Of a stretch of DNA of 49,021 nucleotides, positions 26,137 to 38,191 are shown piece by piece; position 1 is the stretch's first letter; each line of letters starts with the position of its first letter. Below the pieces are notes generated by a model. It ran no database searches. It was given only the letters and a program-made list of their open reading frames with translations, and was not told the DNA's origin. The DNA comes from Octopus bimaculoides (taxonomy: Eukaryota), in assembly GCF_001194135.2 (NCBI RefSeq), contig NC_068983.1:113467843-113516863 (forward strand), in the 5' to 3' direction. Position numbers and translations under genes: made by a program.

Positions 26137-28000
26137 CAAAATGTTATAACGGTCGTTTTTTCAATTGATCGCGCTGAAATTTTATACATAGGTAAAAGAC
26201 GTCACAGTGGATGCATCAGTTAAATTCTCTAACATAATCGTTAGTTTTAAAGTGAGATTTTATCCTTTTTTAATCAAAATCTTGATGGAAAATTCGATTT
26301 CAATATCACTTATTGGCTATCATTCCGCAAATCACGTACGAACAGCCGCTATGTTCATCCAATCAGCATCAGAACATTAATTGAAGCTTTCTAATCAATT
26401 TCATGAAAGAACATATGTGATGGCAGAACACATGCATCCAGGCATGTCATTCTGTTTAATAAATAAGCTGATACGAAAGAGTAAGAAGACAAGACAATTA
26501 TTTTGAATAAGTAAAAATGAAATTAAATATTAACTTTAACGAATAAATGGCTCTAATTGGCGATCAGTCGACTGTGGGAATATTTTCTCAAAACAAAATT
26601 CAATTGACAGTAGAAAACGATAAATTGATTGGTAATTGAACGTGTAAATTTGGGTGACAAAACAAAATAGGAGCGGTATTTTTCGACTTTTGCGTGACTC
26701 ACTTGAGTTGGCACGTACATGCCTGTTGTTTATTCTTTAATTCCATTTCATGAAGAAGGAATATCATTATCAACACTTGAAATTATGAGTTTTTTTTTTT
26801 ATCAGTAAGCATAACTGAACGATATTTTGGCTAATTCTTCTTATTTTTACGAATTTTACAGATCAAATTCATCGGTTACATTCTATAAAAAGCACTGTTC
26901 GGTCTGTTCTAGTAGCTTATTCATCCACAAGGTTTGCTACTTTATCTGTCAACATCACATATTGCCGAACCCATTTGAAGTTTTCCGGTTACGTGGACTT
27001 AAATAAATTCATTTATAAAGAGTTTTCATTACTTCCAAATTAATATAAGGTAATTTTAATGCTAACTCCCTTTTTTTTCCCAAAGGAAGCCCAGTTTTGG
27101 ATGTCTTTCATTTTCAGACAAGTCCTAGAAACCGTTTCGATTTGCACATTCTTTTTATTTAAATTTCACACTTAAGTGTGATATTTCTTAGAGATACCCT
27201 TTACCTTCTGCTACCTGTCAGTGCCCTGCCGTTTGCATTGATTGTTTACATTTCATCACAGTTGCACTTTTGGTCGACAGAATATCGATTTTCATGAAAT
27301 ACGTTCTGTCCACCTGTACTTATAGATGTGAATGCCCATTCACAACTGTCCGTATCCACGTGGTATTTCGTGCTTACAATATCATTGCAAATAATTGTGC
27401 GCTTTAGCGTCGTGGGAATTTTTTTCTTTTTTTTTTTTTTTGGAAATACCATATTTAGTGCTTGCAAACAGCAACGAGGTAAATTTAATTGATTTTTTAA
27501 AGATTTATTCATTTACAGATTTTCGATAGGGTGCCTTCAAAAAGCAAGAGTCACATTGGCAGAAAAAAACAAAATATGCTTCCATTTTGCATTCCTTGGG
27601 GGAAAGCGAGACAGAAGAACAATATGTGTTTCAGCGTGCTCGCAATACTACTTCTACTTCAACCACCAGAGCATCACAGACTGCTCAACAAGCAGAACTC
27701 CGGCGTGCTCACAATGCTGCCTCTAATTCGATCACTAGAGCATCACAGACAGCTCAACAAGCAGAACTCCGGCGTGCTCGCTATGCTGCTTCTACTGCAG
27801 TCGGCACAGCATCACAGACAGAGGCATAGACAGAAGCGGAATTACACTAATTTAGACTCCAGCTCTATCACGAACTTACACCGTTTAATGGACGTGGCGG
27901 GGAAGTCTGATTTGAATATAATTTGTAAAGTGAGGGGTCGGAATTGTGGTTGTAAGAATGTAGTAAGAATGGTTTCTGAATTATTGCTACGTGGATGTCG
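26046..28000 (+). mobile_element. 5' portion of a Helitron (boundaries uncertain)
   Basis: 5' TC-(AT)n-AAAT start, internal (TG)n, AACGGTCG...GCTGAAATTTTATAC subterminal motif, and a downstream STPR-repeat Rep/Hel N-terminus. Confidence 0.5.
27531..27829 (+). pseudogene. Frameshifted Helitron Rep/Hel N-terminus with 23-aa STPR-like repeats
   Basis: PSKSKSHIGRK...ESETEEQ...RASQTAQQAELRRAHNAASNSIT-RASQTAQQAELRRARYAASTAVG-TASQTEA*. The DNA period is exactly 69 bp (27668, 27737, 27806). Confidence 0.7.
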
Positions 28001-28329
28001 TATATGACAAAAGGTTTTAGCTCCATTAAAGCGTACTAATACCGTTAGTGATATATTGCAGATTTTCTTTTACTTTTATTTATTTATTTGTTTTTTTTTG
28101 TTTTGTTTTGTTGTTTTTTGGGGTTTTTTTTTGTTAAGAATACAAAACTTATTTGTATGTGTATTATATTTTTAAATGTATTCTCAGCTAACACGTGAAT
28201 CTGAGAACAGAGATATAGATATTTCATGTACTTTATTTTTTCAGTGCTATTATTCAAGTGGAATTGTATAATTTTTTTAGATTATTTCTAAACGTTGTTG
28301 CTTGATAGTGTTTGAATGATTATTATGAA

Positions 28330-28920
28330 AACATTGTACGACATTTACATTTCTAACGGTTTTACGGACCGCTTCATGCAGAATTAATTCTCCAACTGCT
28401 TTTGCACGTGTTGAGAGAGATAAGTTTATGTGTCGTGAATTCTTGTTTTGACCCAACTTCTGATTTTTTCTAGCATGTTATCAGCGTTATTTTGTCCAGA
28501 TGATCTAAGCCTTTTTGAAGACAGTAGTGATGTATTAGGAGGACGATATTTTTTACAGATACAACGATCAAACACAGGCTTTTTGGAGAGCCCTTATCTA
28601 TGTTGTTACCATGTTTGCGTAGTGTAAATTTTCTCTTTTGATGTCTACCAAATTTTTGCATTTTGCGTAGGGATGTGGTTTTGATAAATTAGATATTGGC
28701 AGCACTTCTAGTTTTCCTTGCTGGGTAATGTTTTGGAAAGTGTGTAAATATTGTGCTGGCTTACTGTTATTGTCAGCAATTTTAATGGCTGTTTCACACA
28801 GAGTTATAAATTCAGATTCTGTCCTCCCAAAATGTAAAACAAGATGCTTTTCTGTTCATTTCTGAGTATTGTTTTCTCATCGTTCAACGCAGTATTACAT
28901 CAATGACAATTATGCTTTCT
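28330..28920 (-). mobile_element. Possible decayed Penelope-like RT N-terminal fragment
   Basis: Minus frame LRKHGNNIDKGSPKSLCLIV resembles the 'IKPADKGxxxVI' motif. Strand bias and many stops. Confidence 0.25.
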
Positions 28921-29883
28921 TTACTAATATATCATTGGCTATCGCATCTGTGTGTATGTGTATGTGAGCATGTGTGAGTGGCTGTGTATGTGTGTAACTG
29001 TGTGCAAGTGTACGTCAGTGTGTGTATTAAAACAGTTAGAGTTTCGTCCTTCAGCGATGAAATTTACCAGTGATATTTGAGCTCAGATGTTACTGCAAAG
29101 TCGCTCAATAATATAAAGTACTCTACCCCTTCTGATTTTCCCCGTAATAAAAATAAAATCGGTGATCTTTAGTTTCAGGAAAGACCACGAATTTGTGGAG
29201 AAATCATACTGTAATTTTATTCAACACGGCTGGTAGGTATTTTAATGACTCGAGCTGGATGAAAAGACAATAAAAGTTTAGTGGGATTTGAACATAGATC
29301 ATAAAGAGATATAGCTAAATATTGTAAGACATTAACCCGGAACTATGGCCCTCACTTAATGATAAAAATGATGATGATGATGATGATGATGATGACGGCG
29401 GTGACGGAGACGGTGACGATCATTTTTTACCTTCAGAACAAATAAAAGTGAAATAGACAAAATGTTTACCAAGCTGCATCAACGGTATTTACCTAAGGTG
29501 GAGGTTGGCCTATACAAAATTTTAGTTTTAAATATATTCTTATGCACAGATCAAATATGTTTACTCGTGTTTTTTTATCGTCTGGATACAATTCCTTCAT
29601 GGCAAGTTATTTTAAATGCATATTTGTTTAAGTTGACATGTCTAAATCGATTAGCATCTATTGATAAACTTTTCATTTTTTAAATTTGCTTCAGAATTTA
29701 CAGAACATATACTATACAAAGTATGCTTTCGTGTATCGGGCATGAAGTTACGAGAATAAACAAAACATGGTCATAAAATTGTTTTCTATACATCTAAAAA
29801 ATTCTATACCAAATATACAATCGTTTCTAATTCTATATTTCTAGTAGGCGCAGGAGTGGCTGTGTGGTAAGTAGCTTGCTTAC

Positions 29884-31784
29884 TTCCGGTTTGCTCACTG
29901 CGCATGTTTTGACTTTGAGCCCCCAAAAAAAGCAACTTTGAGTGAAGAAAACTTTTTGTGTCTCACTGTGCGAAAATTGTTGTTTTTGTGGGCGTATCTC
30001 GCCTCCGAAAAACTTGTGAAAATTTTACTGCTGTGGCCCTGGATTACCTTTATTGGAATACCTTTACTAGAATACTTTTATTTTGGAGTACTTTTATTGG
30101 AATCCCTTTATTGGAATACCCATAGGTATTGCTGGTGGCCGGAATTGTGTTGCCTTGACTTAAACTGTCTTCCTTCTTTCCTTTTCTCTGCTCTGTCTTC
30201 TGTTCTTTTGTATTTAGTTTGTTTTTTGTGAACTTTTTTGTTGAACTTGTTTGTGAACTATTTTCTGAACTTTTTTGTTGAACATTTTTTTTGCAAACTT
30301 GGCAAAAAAGGGAAACACTGTCTTGGAGTGGGAACTGTGCCCACCCAAGCAGTGGTTGAAAGAAATGGAGGAAAGAACAGTGACGCTCCGAATCTACTCA
30401 AAGGTGTTGGATAGCGTCACTGTCTTTCCTCAAACTATTATTGAAAAGGAACTTACGAATGTTAATGCCAACTTTAANNNNNNNNNNNNNNNNNNNNNNN
30501 NNNNNNNNNNNNNNNNNNNNNNNNNNNNNNNNNNNNNNNNNNNNNNNNNNNNNNNNNNNNNNNNNNNNNNNNNNNNNNNNNNNNNNNNNNNNNNNNNNNN
30601 NNNNNNNNNNNNNNNNNNNNNNNNNNNNNNNNNNNNNNNNNNNNNNNNNNNNNNNNNNNNNNNNNNNNNNNNNNNNNNNNNNNNNNNNNNNNNNNNNNNN
30701 NNNNNNNNNNNNNNNNNNNNNNNNNNNNNNNNNNNNNNNNNNNNNNNNNNNNNNNNNNNNNNNNNNNNNNNNNNNNNNNNNNNNNNNNNNNNNNNNNNNN
30801 NNNNNNNNNNNNNNNNNNNNNNNNNNNNNNNNNNNNNNNNNNNNNNNNNNNNNNNNNNNNNNNNNNNNNNNNNNNNNNNNNNNNNNNNNNNNNNNNNNNN
30901 NNNNNNNNNNNNNNNNNNNNNNNNNNNNNNNNNNNNNNNNNNNNNNNNNNNNNNNNNNNNNNNNNNNNNNNNNNNNNNNNNNNNNNNNNNNNNNNNNNNN
31001 NNNNNNNNNNNNNNNNNNNNNNNNNNNNNNNNNNNNNNNNNNNNNNNNNNNNNNNNNNNNNNNNNNNNNNNNNNNNNNNNNNNNNNNNNNNNNNNNNNNN
31101 NNNNNNNNNNNNNNNNNNNNNNNNNNNNNNNNNNNNNNNNNNNNNNNNNNNNNNNNNNNNNNNNNNNNNNNNNNNNNNNNNNNNNNNNNNNNNNNNNNNN
31201 NNNNNNNNNNNNNNNNNNNNNNNNNNNNNNNNNNNNNNNNNNNNNNNNNNNNNNNNNNNNNNNNNNNNTGTATATCTTCTGTTACCTCAAGGGAGGGCCC
31301 GTTGAAAAGTATCTGGATGATCTATTTGACCGTGAGCGTTACGACTGGGCATGTATAGACCATCCACGTTGGCCTCCGCAGGTGGCTGCGGAGGTCTTAA
31401 ATCATAGTGAAGTCATGGAGGTCGAAAAGGCCTGTCAAAAAGAGGATTTTATTTACTTTCTTTCGGGCGCGCCACTGCGAGATCTCCTGATGGCGACGGG
31501 ACAATTGCTTGGAGGCCCGGATGAGGAAGATTAGATCTTTAAAAAGAACTTTTATTGAACTTTATTGAACTGCCATTGAATTTTTGACTTTTTTTGGATT
31601 TGTATTGAACAATGTTTTCGAGGGGTTATCGATCTGCGGGCGTCGGTGCCTCTCTCATTTTTATTCACCTTTTGTTATCATCCTCATCTCATTAATGTCC
31701 GTGTCTAGCCCGCAGCTACTTTGCGTTTGTCTGTCCTTGTTTGTCCCCTCTTTGTAAGGCCTTAATGGCCAATTTAATGAAATA
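29884..31784 (+). mobile_element. ~1.9-kb single-ORF non-LTR element, L1/Tx1-like, with a 15-bp TSD
   Basis: TSD AAGTAGCTT(G/C)CTTAC at 29869-29883 and 31785-31799 (14/15). 5' end (C)TTCCGGT...TGCGCATG. The 5' UTR has tandem TTTATTGGAATAC repeats. The 3' end has a GGCC-TTAAT-GGCC hairpin, then AATAAA. It spans a 791-N gap. The Tx1 assignment is inference. Confidence 0.7.
30365..31534 (+). CDS. Putative retroelement ORF1-like protein (middle hidden in the gap)
   Basis: MEERTVTLRIYSKVLDSVTVFPQTIIEKEL... before the gap and ...YIFCYLKGGPVEKYLDDLFDRERYDW...GGPDEED* after it. Both parts are stop-free and in the same frame at the stated gap length. No EN or RT motifs are visible. Confidence 0.5.
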   Translation: MEERTVTLRIYSKVLDSVTVFPQTIIEKELTNVNANFXXXXXXXXXXXXXXXXXXXXXXXXXXXXXXXXXXXXXXXXXXXXXXXXXXXXXXXXXXXXXXXXXXXXXXXXXXXXXXXXXXXXXXXXXXXXXXXXXXXXXXXXXXXXXXXXXXXXXXXXXXXXXXXXXXXXXXXXXXXXXXXXXXXXXXXXXXXXXXXXXXXXXXXXXXXXXXXXXXXXXXXXXXXXXXXXXXXXXXXXXXXXXXXXXXXXXXXXXXXXXXXXXXXXXXXXXXXXXXXXXXXXXXXXXXXXXXXXXXXXXXXXXYIFCYLKGGPVEKYLDDLFDRERYDWACIDHPRWPPQVAAEVLNHSEVMEVEKACQKEDFIYFLSGAPLRDLLMATGQLLGGPDEED

Positions 31785-31923
31785 AAGTAGCTTCCTTACC
31801 AACCGCATGGTTCTGAGTCCAGTCCCACTGCGTGGCACCTTGGGCAAGTGTTTTCTACTATAGCCTCGGGCCGACCAAATCCTTGTGAATGAATTTGGTA
31901 GACGGAAACTGAAATATGTGTGT

Positions 31924-31975
<52 letters not shown>

Positions 31976-34112
31976 TTGTGTGTCTGTGTTTGTCCCACCA
32001 TCATCGCTTGACAACCGATATTGGTGTGCTTATGTCCCCGTATATATATATCTTAAAGCAGCTTGTGAATTATAGTTACTTGGCTTACCAAATTTCCGTA
32101 GTCAGTAAATTTCAATCACTGTTTTACATCATTTATGGCAGTGAGTGTGTCAAAGAGTATCTATTTCGTGGCAGAACCAATATCTCAAGAGAATTAGTTC
32201 ACCAGCAATGTGATTTCCAGTTTTCTCACCTGCACCTACATCCTCCATCGATATATATCGGTGAAAGTTATACATGCACAGATACATACACATGAATGCA
32301 TATTTGTGTAAACAATACATTCGTGTGTGCGTGAGTGCGGGCACGCGTGTGAGTGTGGGCGCGCTTGTGTGTGTGCGCATGTGTGTTCTCAAACTTTCGG
32401 CGAGCTTCCGACTAGTTTCCATCAACCAGTTTCCGATTACAATGTATTGATCAACCCGTGTGTCTGTAGAAAACACTCTCCTAGGGCACCGCGCTGTTGA
32501 GACGAATCTAGAATTACTTGGTTGCAAGCGGACGTTTTTTGTCAGTTAAGCATACCTGCGCTCATCGTTAAATCTTATGCAGAGAATTTCTTTGCCTAGA
32601 GTGCAAATATTAACGTTATATATTATAATATATTCACATTAGGTTTGATCAACTTCCGTAATATTGTATGTTAATTTCAAACCTGTTATATTCATTTCGT
32701 ATGATGTGGAATCTTAATTTCTCAGTTTTCTGTGAAATGTAGACGAGTAAGTAAACAATTATATATAATGTCACATAGTATTGTCTTAAATTTCGTTGGT
32801 TACTATTGTGTAATTGACATTGCTTTACTGTAGTATCTCAGGTTTCACTGGTCCATTGGTCATGTTTTTCGTAATTGCTTTGTTTAAAAGGGTATGGAGC
32901 ATTAGACAGTGGTGGAAATATATTCTCTTCAATTCCTCTTTGAAAATATTTTAAATTATTCATTTACAGGGTCAAAATTGATCGCCTATGATCAATGGTG
33001 GAATTCCTTACATCTATGAAACTTGTGTAAAAGATTAAAGTAGACTTAAGATTGTAAAGAAAATAACAAGCTGTAAGCAAGCCTTCAAGATGGTCAAAGT
33101 CTGTGAAATCGAAAGTCATTTTCAAAATATTCAAAGATTTTAAACTCTGTTCAAAGAGATATGAATTTCGCAGCAGCGTTTGATTTTTTTCAAATATCAA
33201 AACTTTTTTTACAAATACCGCTAAATTGCCTCATACAGTTCGTAGAGCATGGAAATCTAAAGTTTTCATTATATTTAGAAAACTTTTAACTACAAATATG
33301 AATTTGTGGTAAATCTTCAACTTGAACAGCAGGTCTCCCCTCCCACAATCATGCGGAAAAGTTCTTTTATCCTTGGCTGCAGTATCGCCGAGTGAGTTAT
33401 TTTCTACGAAAATCAAATTCTTTATATATTTTTTCAAGAAACCAAACAAATTTAATACCGATGTAATTAAGATGATGTTATTCGGGTGGCTAAGTAAATG
33501 ACTTAGACTCGAATACTAAAATAAATATTGTACAAGCTCCTTATTCTCACCAATAACCGATTGTGTCTGACCTTCCCCTCCAGCCAAGAAACATTAACTA
33601 CAATTGACTGTAAACAACTTTATTTAGCCAATTGTTAAATACAAACATCCTAAAAATTTCACTTGACTGTAGATAACGATTTTACAAGATATTCAGTGTA
33701 ACACCATATGGATATTTTGCCATTGGCTCAATTCAAAAATATTTGTAATCATTGATATATTCAACTTATTTATTACTGACCGTTTTCACTGTTACCTTCA
33801 AATTACAGTACAAGCGCTTTTTCTTTTTTTTTTGTGTTGTGCTAACACCATCTTTGGGTTTCGTTTCGCGACAAACAATTTCAGATTAGCAACGTCTTGT
33901 TGTTTAATTTTTTTTCCTAAGCGAAAAGTAGAAAGTTTATAAATTTCTGGATACTCGCCAGATATAACTGCTCATAATTGCCATTAAACGTTAATTTTGT
34001 TAGAAAAAAAATTCTTTAGAGATTATAAATAGGAACAATAACGGGTGTCGTATCAACTAAATCGAGCATTATTATAATCATGATCAGTATTGTTATAATT
34101 AATTACAAAATT

Positions 34113-34325
34113 AAGACGGCGAGCTAGCAGAGTCCTTGCCGCCACGGATAAAATGCTTAGCGGCATTCCCTCCGGCTTTGAATTCTGAGTTCAGATGCCT
34201 CTGAGGTCGTCTTTACTTTTCGTCCTTTTGGAGTCCATAAGATAAGTACAGTTTGAACACTGGGGTTGATGTAATTGACTAACCCACTCCCTCAAATTTC
34301 AGGCCTTGTGATTATAATAGAAAAG
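34113..34325 (+). mobile_element. Family B SINE; further partial copies at about 20030-20150 (+), 35290-35470 (-) and 47400-47570 (+)
   Basis: Shares motifs with the copy at 23664-23874. Confidence 0.8.
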
Positions 34326-34552
34326 ATTATCAATTTTTTAAATGTTTTACCGAATACTCGGCCTTAAAAATACGTAGGTGCTACTTTCACTGAAATTTAT
34401 TAATCCCCTTAAGTCACTGCTTTAAATCTGGTTTTGTCCCTAGATAAAAATAGGTCAAACTTCCCTTAGTAAGGTTTTATAACTGCGTTTATGTATGTGC
34501 TTTTGCGTGCAGATACACACATGTACATGCATAGGTGGATGGATATATGTAT

Positions 34553-34876
34553 AGTACTCCGTTGTTTACAACGACTAGGGTTCCAGTTGATCTGATCAAC
34601 GGAACTGACTGCTCTTGAAACTAACGCACAAGTGGTTGAGCACTCCACAGACATGCATACCCTTAACGTAGTTCTCAGGAAGATCCCCCGTGACACAGAA
34701 TGTGACAAGGCCGGCCCATGGAATTACAGGTACAACTCATTTTTGCTAGCTGAGTAGACCGGAGCAACGTGAAATAAAGTGTCTTGCTCATGTACACAAC
34801 GTGCCACCGAGAATCGAACTCATGATCTTGCAATCGTGAGCTGATTACCTTAACCACTAAGCCACGCGCCTTCACC
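34553..34876 (-). mobile_element. Older tRNA-derived SINE with the family A 3' module but a different 5' body
   Basis: The 3' ~175 nt align to family A (CTGAGAACTACGTTAAGGGTA...GTTGATCAGATCAACTGGAACCCT). The 5' body is TGAGCAAGACACTTTATTTCACGTTGCTCC. Confidence 0.85.
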
Positions 34877-35671
34877 TAAAAGAGACGAACTTAGAGGTCT
34901 GCAAACCGTTATGTCGCATGGCGCCGGGAGACATCTGTGAAGATATCCAAATATAATGTATATATATGTCAATTCGTGAGGCCCGATACTCTAACTTTTC
35001 TCGAACTGGAGGATGGTGAAACTTAGTAACCATAAAATTATGAGAAGCAATTCTCATACATTAAATGGTTCAATGGCTTGGAGATTTTTATTACCACACT
35101 AAAGAGGCTGAAATATGTTGTCGATAATATTTTTTCTCCAGATCAGCCGTGCTGCTTGATCAAAGCCGCCCAAGGTGTAACCAAAATATTTTCTTTTTAA
35201 GACTAGATTTGATTTAAGTTGGTTTTGGCCAGCTAATTTTAACAGATCCAGCTATCACGCAGGGAATCTACTATTTGCAATGAAATAGATTCTGATGTAA
35301 GCACAAGGCCTGCGATTTTATGAAGAGAGCTTATTCAATGCCATCGATTCCAGCTCTAAACTGGTACTTTATTTTATCGAGCCCAAAACAATAAAAGAGA
35401 AAGGTAACTTCGGTGAGATTTGAAATCAGAACGTAAAAAGCCGTAAGTAATACAGCTTAACATTTTTCCAGCGCGCAGCCTTACAAAAGAAATACGATAT
35501 TTAAACTTTAGGGCGGTTCATTATGCTTATAGTATAGAAAGATCAGTAGAGATAGAAACCTCAGCACCTCTGAAGTTGAACTAAGTTATATGGTTGTACA
35601 ACCATTATTTTCTAAGTATCTTGTCTTTCTAGGAGATATTTAATATATTTTCGAAATTATTCTCTCACAAG

Positions 35672-35721
<50 letters not shown>

Positions 35722-35769
35722 GCACACGCACACACATACACACACACATACAGATATACATACATGCAT

Positions 35770-36580
35770 ACTTACATAAATCTTCTTCAGAGTTTAAGGT
35801 TTCTCCATTGAAAGAAATCGAAACAAGTGGAAATCTGAAGGTGCAATGTCTGATGAATATGGAGATTGCAGCAAAACTTCTCAGCCAAACCCTAGTAACT
35901 TCTGCCGCGTCTGCAAAGAAGTGTTCGGTCTGGCTTTTCCATGATGAAATACAACTTCCCTAATATTTTGATGTGCTGGACGCTTTTAGTGGATCGCTGC
36001 GTTGAATTTATCCAGCTAGTCACAGGAGACATCCGAGTTGGTGGTTCTTTCACTGGGAAGAAACTCGTAAAATGCAACACCCTTCCAATCCCACCAAATT
36101 GAAATCATAACCTTCATCAGGTGAAGTTTTACTTCGGAGATTGTTCGTGCTGTTCACCTCGATTCCCCTATGATCAATTTGCGCTTCACATCACAATAAA
36201 CGATAAACGTTTTTCAACCGCAGTCAACATTCTCTCCCAAAAGGATCGTTCTCTATCACGTTTCTACGAGGAATCGCAAATGGAAATCCATTCGGTGAGG
36301 TTGGACTCATTCAAATGATGTGGAACACAAGCAGCAAGCCTGCTAACCTAACCAAGTTGATGCTGATAGCTTTAAGCTTGATCTGGATATTTCGAGAATA
36401 TATGTGATCATTCGGGTTGTATAACGGGGATTGGTGTCGATGTTAATCTCAGTTGGCCAGGCAGAGCGAGATGCATCTTAAACCAAAAACTTGCCCGATC
36501 GACATCTTGAAAATCACTTCTGACACTTACGTTCCTTCAGAGCATCTTTTCTGCTCACAGCACATATCTTGCAGCAGGCA
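35770..36580 (-). mobile_element. Mariner (DD34D) transposase relic
   Basis: KICAVSRKDALKERKCQK (HTH), DASRSAWPTE..TNPRYTTR, ACVPHHL (WVPHEL), GIGRVLHF and WDWKGVAFYEFLP frames, PYSSDIAPSDFHLFR. Confidence 0.88.
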
Positions 36581-36803
36581 TTCACCAGCTTAGACAAGAA
36601 GACCGTCGAGAAGTGCTGCAGGAGATTCCGAAGTCGTCTGGAGAGTGTGATTGAAGCCAATAACAATTCTATAGAATAACTTTACTCTTTAGTATTTCGA
36701 GATATACTTTATGTAATTTTGGTAAATATATCTGTTAAAATGAGATGTCAGTGTTATTTTCATATCTGCGTAATTTATACGACAATTTATTAACCGCACC
36801 CTG

Positions 36804-36805
<2 letters not shown>
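36580..36805 (+). mobile_element. 3' end of a Tc1/maT-type transposon with right TIR
   Basis: AFTSLDKKTVEKCCRRFRSRLESVIEANNNSIE*. The TIR ends ...TTATTAACCGCACCCTG followed by TA. An inverted copy of this TIR lies at 37088-37130. Confidence 0.8.
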
Positions 36806-36843
<38 letters not shown>

Positions 36844-37045
36844 TGTGTGTGTGCGTGTGTGTGTGTGTGTGTGCATATGTGTATGTATATATAAAATTAT
36901 GCATATATGTATAGACATATAAACATAATTGCATGTATATGTATGCATATATAAGTATATATATATATATATCGTCATACTAATATATACTTTTGTTATT
37001 TACACCACCTGTCCTCGTCTGTTGTTATTATTTGTATATTCTCCC

Positions 37046-37088
<43 letters not shown>

Positions 37089-37581
37089 GGGTGTGGTTAA
37101 TATATTGTCTAAATTACGCAAATATGAAAATATACATATACGTGTATGTGTGTGTGTGTGTGTGTGTATGATGTATGTATGTATGTATGTACGTGTGTAT
37201 GTATGTATGTATGTATGTATGCATGCATGTATGTATGTATATCTAAATATATAAATACATACCTAGCTATTGTGATGTAAATGTATAAGTGTATATAAGT
37301 ATTCTCTTGCTTGGAGCTTGTGTTTTTTGTCTAATATATGAGAATACTCGTCTATCGAGCATTTCAGCGGCTGACATATTTCAATAACATACTTATTTAT
37401 GAAGTACTAGCATCAGACAGTGTGTCTCAGATTCCACAAGTTATAACTTTAATACATTCCATTAGCTTCGTGAGGATACAAATCATATCCATTTCAATCT
37501 GCCTCTTATTTAGCTTTCAATTAGTTGCGATAGAGCTTTATGAATAAACGATTGATATATTATTATGTATTTATACCTACC

Positions 37582-37674
<93 letters not shown>

Positions 37675-37984
37675 GTATTTGGTAGCGCGTCTGCTTGTAT
37701 GAATGCGTTTCGAATTTCTATTTTTAATTTACAAACAAATTAGAAATAAAATTCGCTGAAAATAATAACAAGAGTTTGAATATTTTATTATACAGAAATG
37801 CAAGGTGATAGTGCCTTCGAAGTTCTGTGGTCAATGATTCTTCAGACAGTCCAAAAGTAAGAACGAAACAGTGGGATATATTTAGAATTTATCGATCCTG
37901 AGAGCATCTATAAACAATGACAATGGTAATAGACATCCAAAATGTTTCAACAAGGAAGCATATAATATTTGGGAAGAAATGGAA

Positions 37985-38134
37985 TGGTTTATATTTGTTT
38001 GCCAACTATACGGTTTCAATTCCATAGTGTGGCACCTTGGAAAAGTGTCTCCTACTATAGCCCCATGCCGACCAAAGTTTTGTGAGTGGATTTGGTATAC
38101 AGAAACTGAAAGAAGCCTGCCTTGTATATATATA

Positions 38135-38191
<57 letters not shown>

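Larger units (their letters stand above)
29846..32045 (+). mobile_element. tRNA-derived SINE (family C) split by a nested insertion (head 29846-29883, remainder 31785-~32045)
   Basis: AGGCGCAGGAGTGGCTGTGTGGTAAGTAGCTTGCTTAC resumes as AAGTAGCTTCCTTAC-CAACCGCATGGTTCTGAGTCCAGTCCCACTGCGTGGCACCTTGGGCAAGTG. An uninterrupted relative lies at 37985-38480. Confidence 0.85.

Noticed and set aside
32220-32260. Minus-strand first coding exon MEDVGA|GTGAGA
   Set aside because: The upstream sequence is a decayed family C SINE and microsatellite, with no promoter or downstream exon support.
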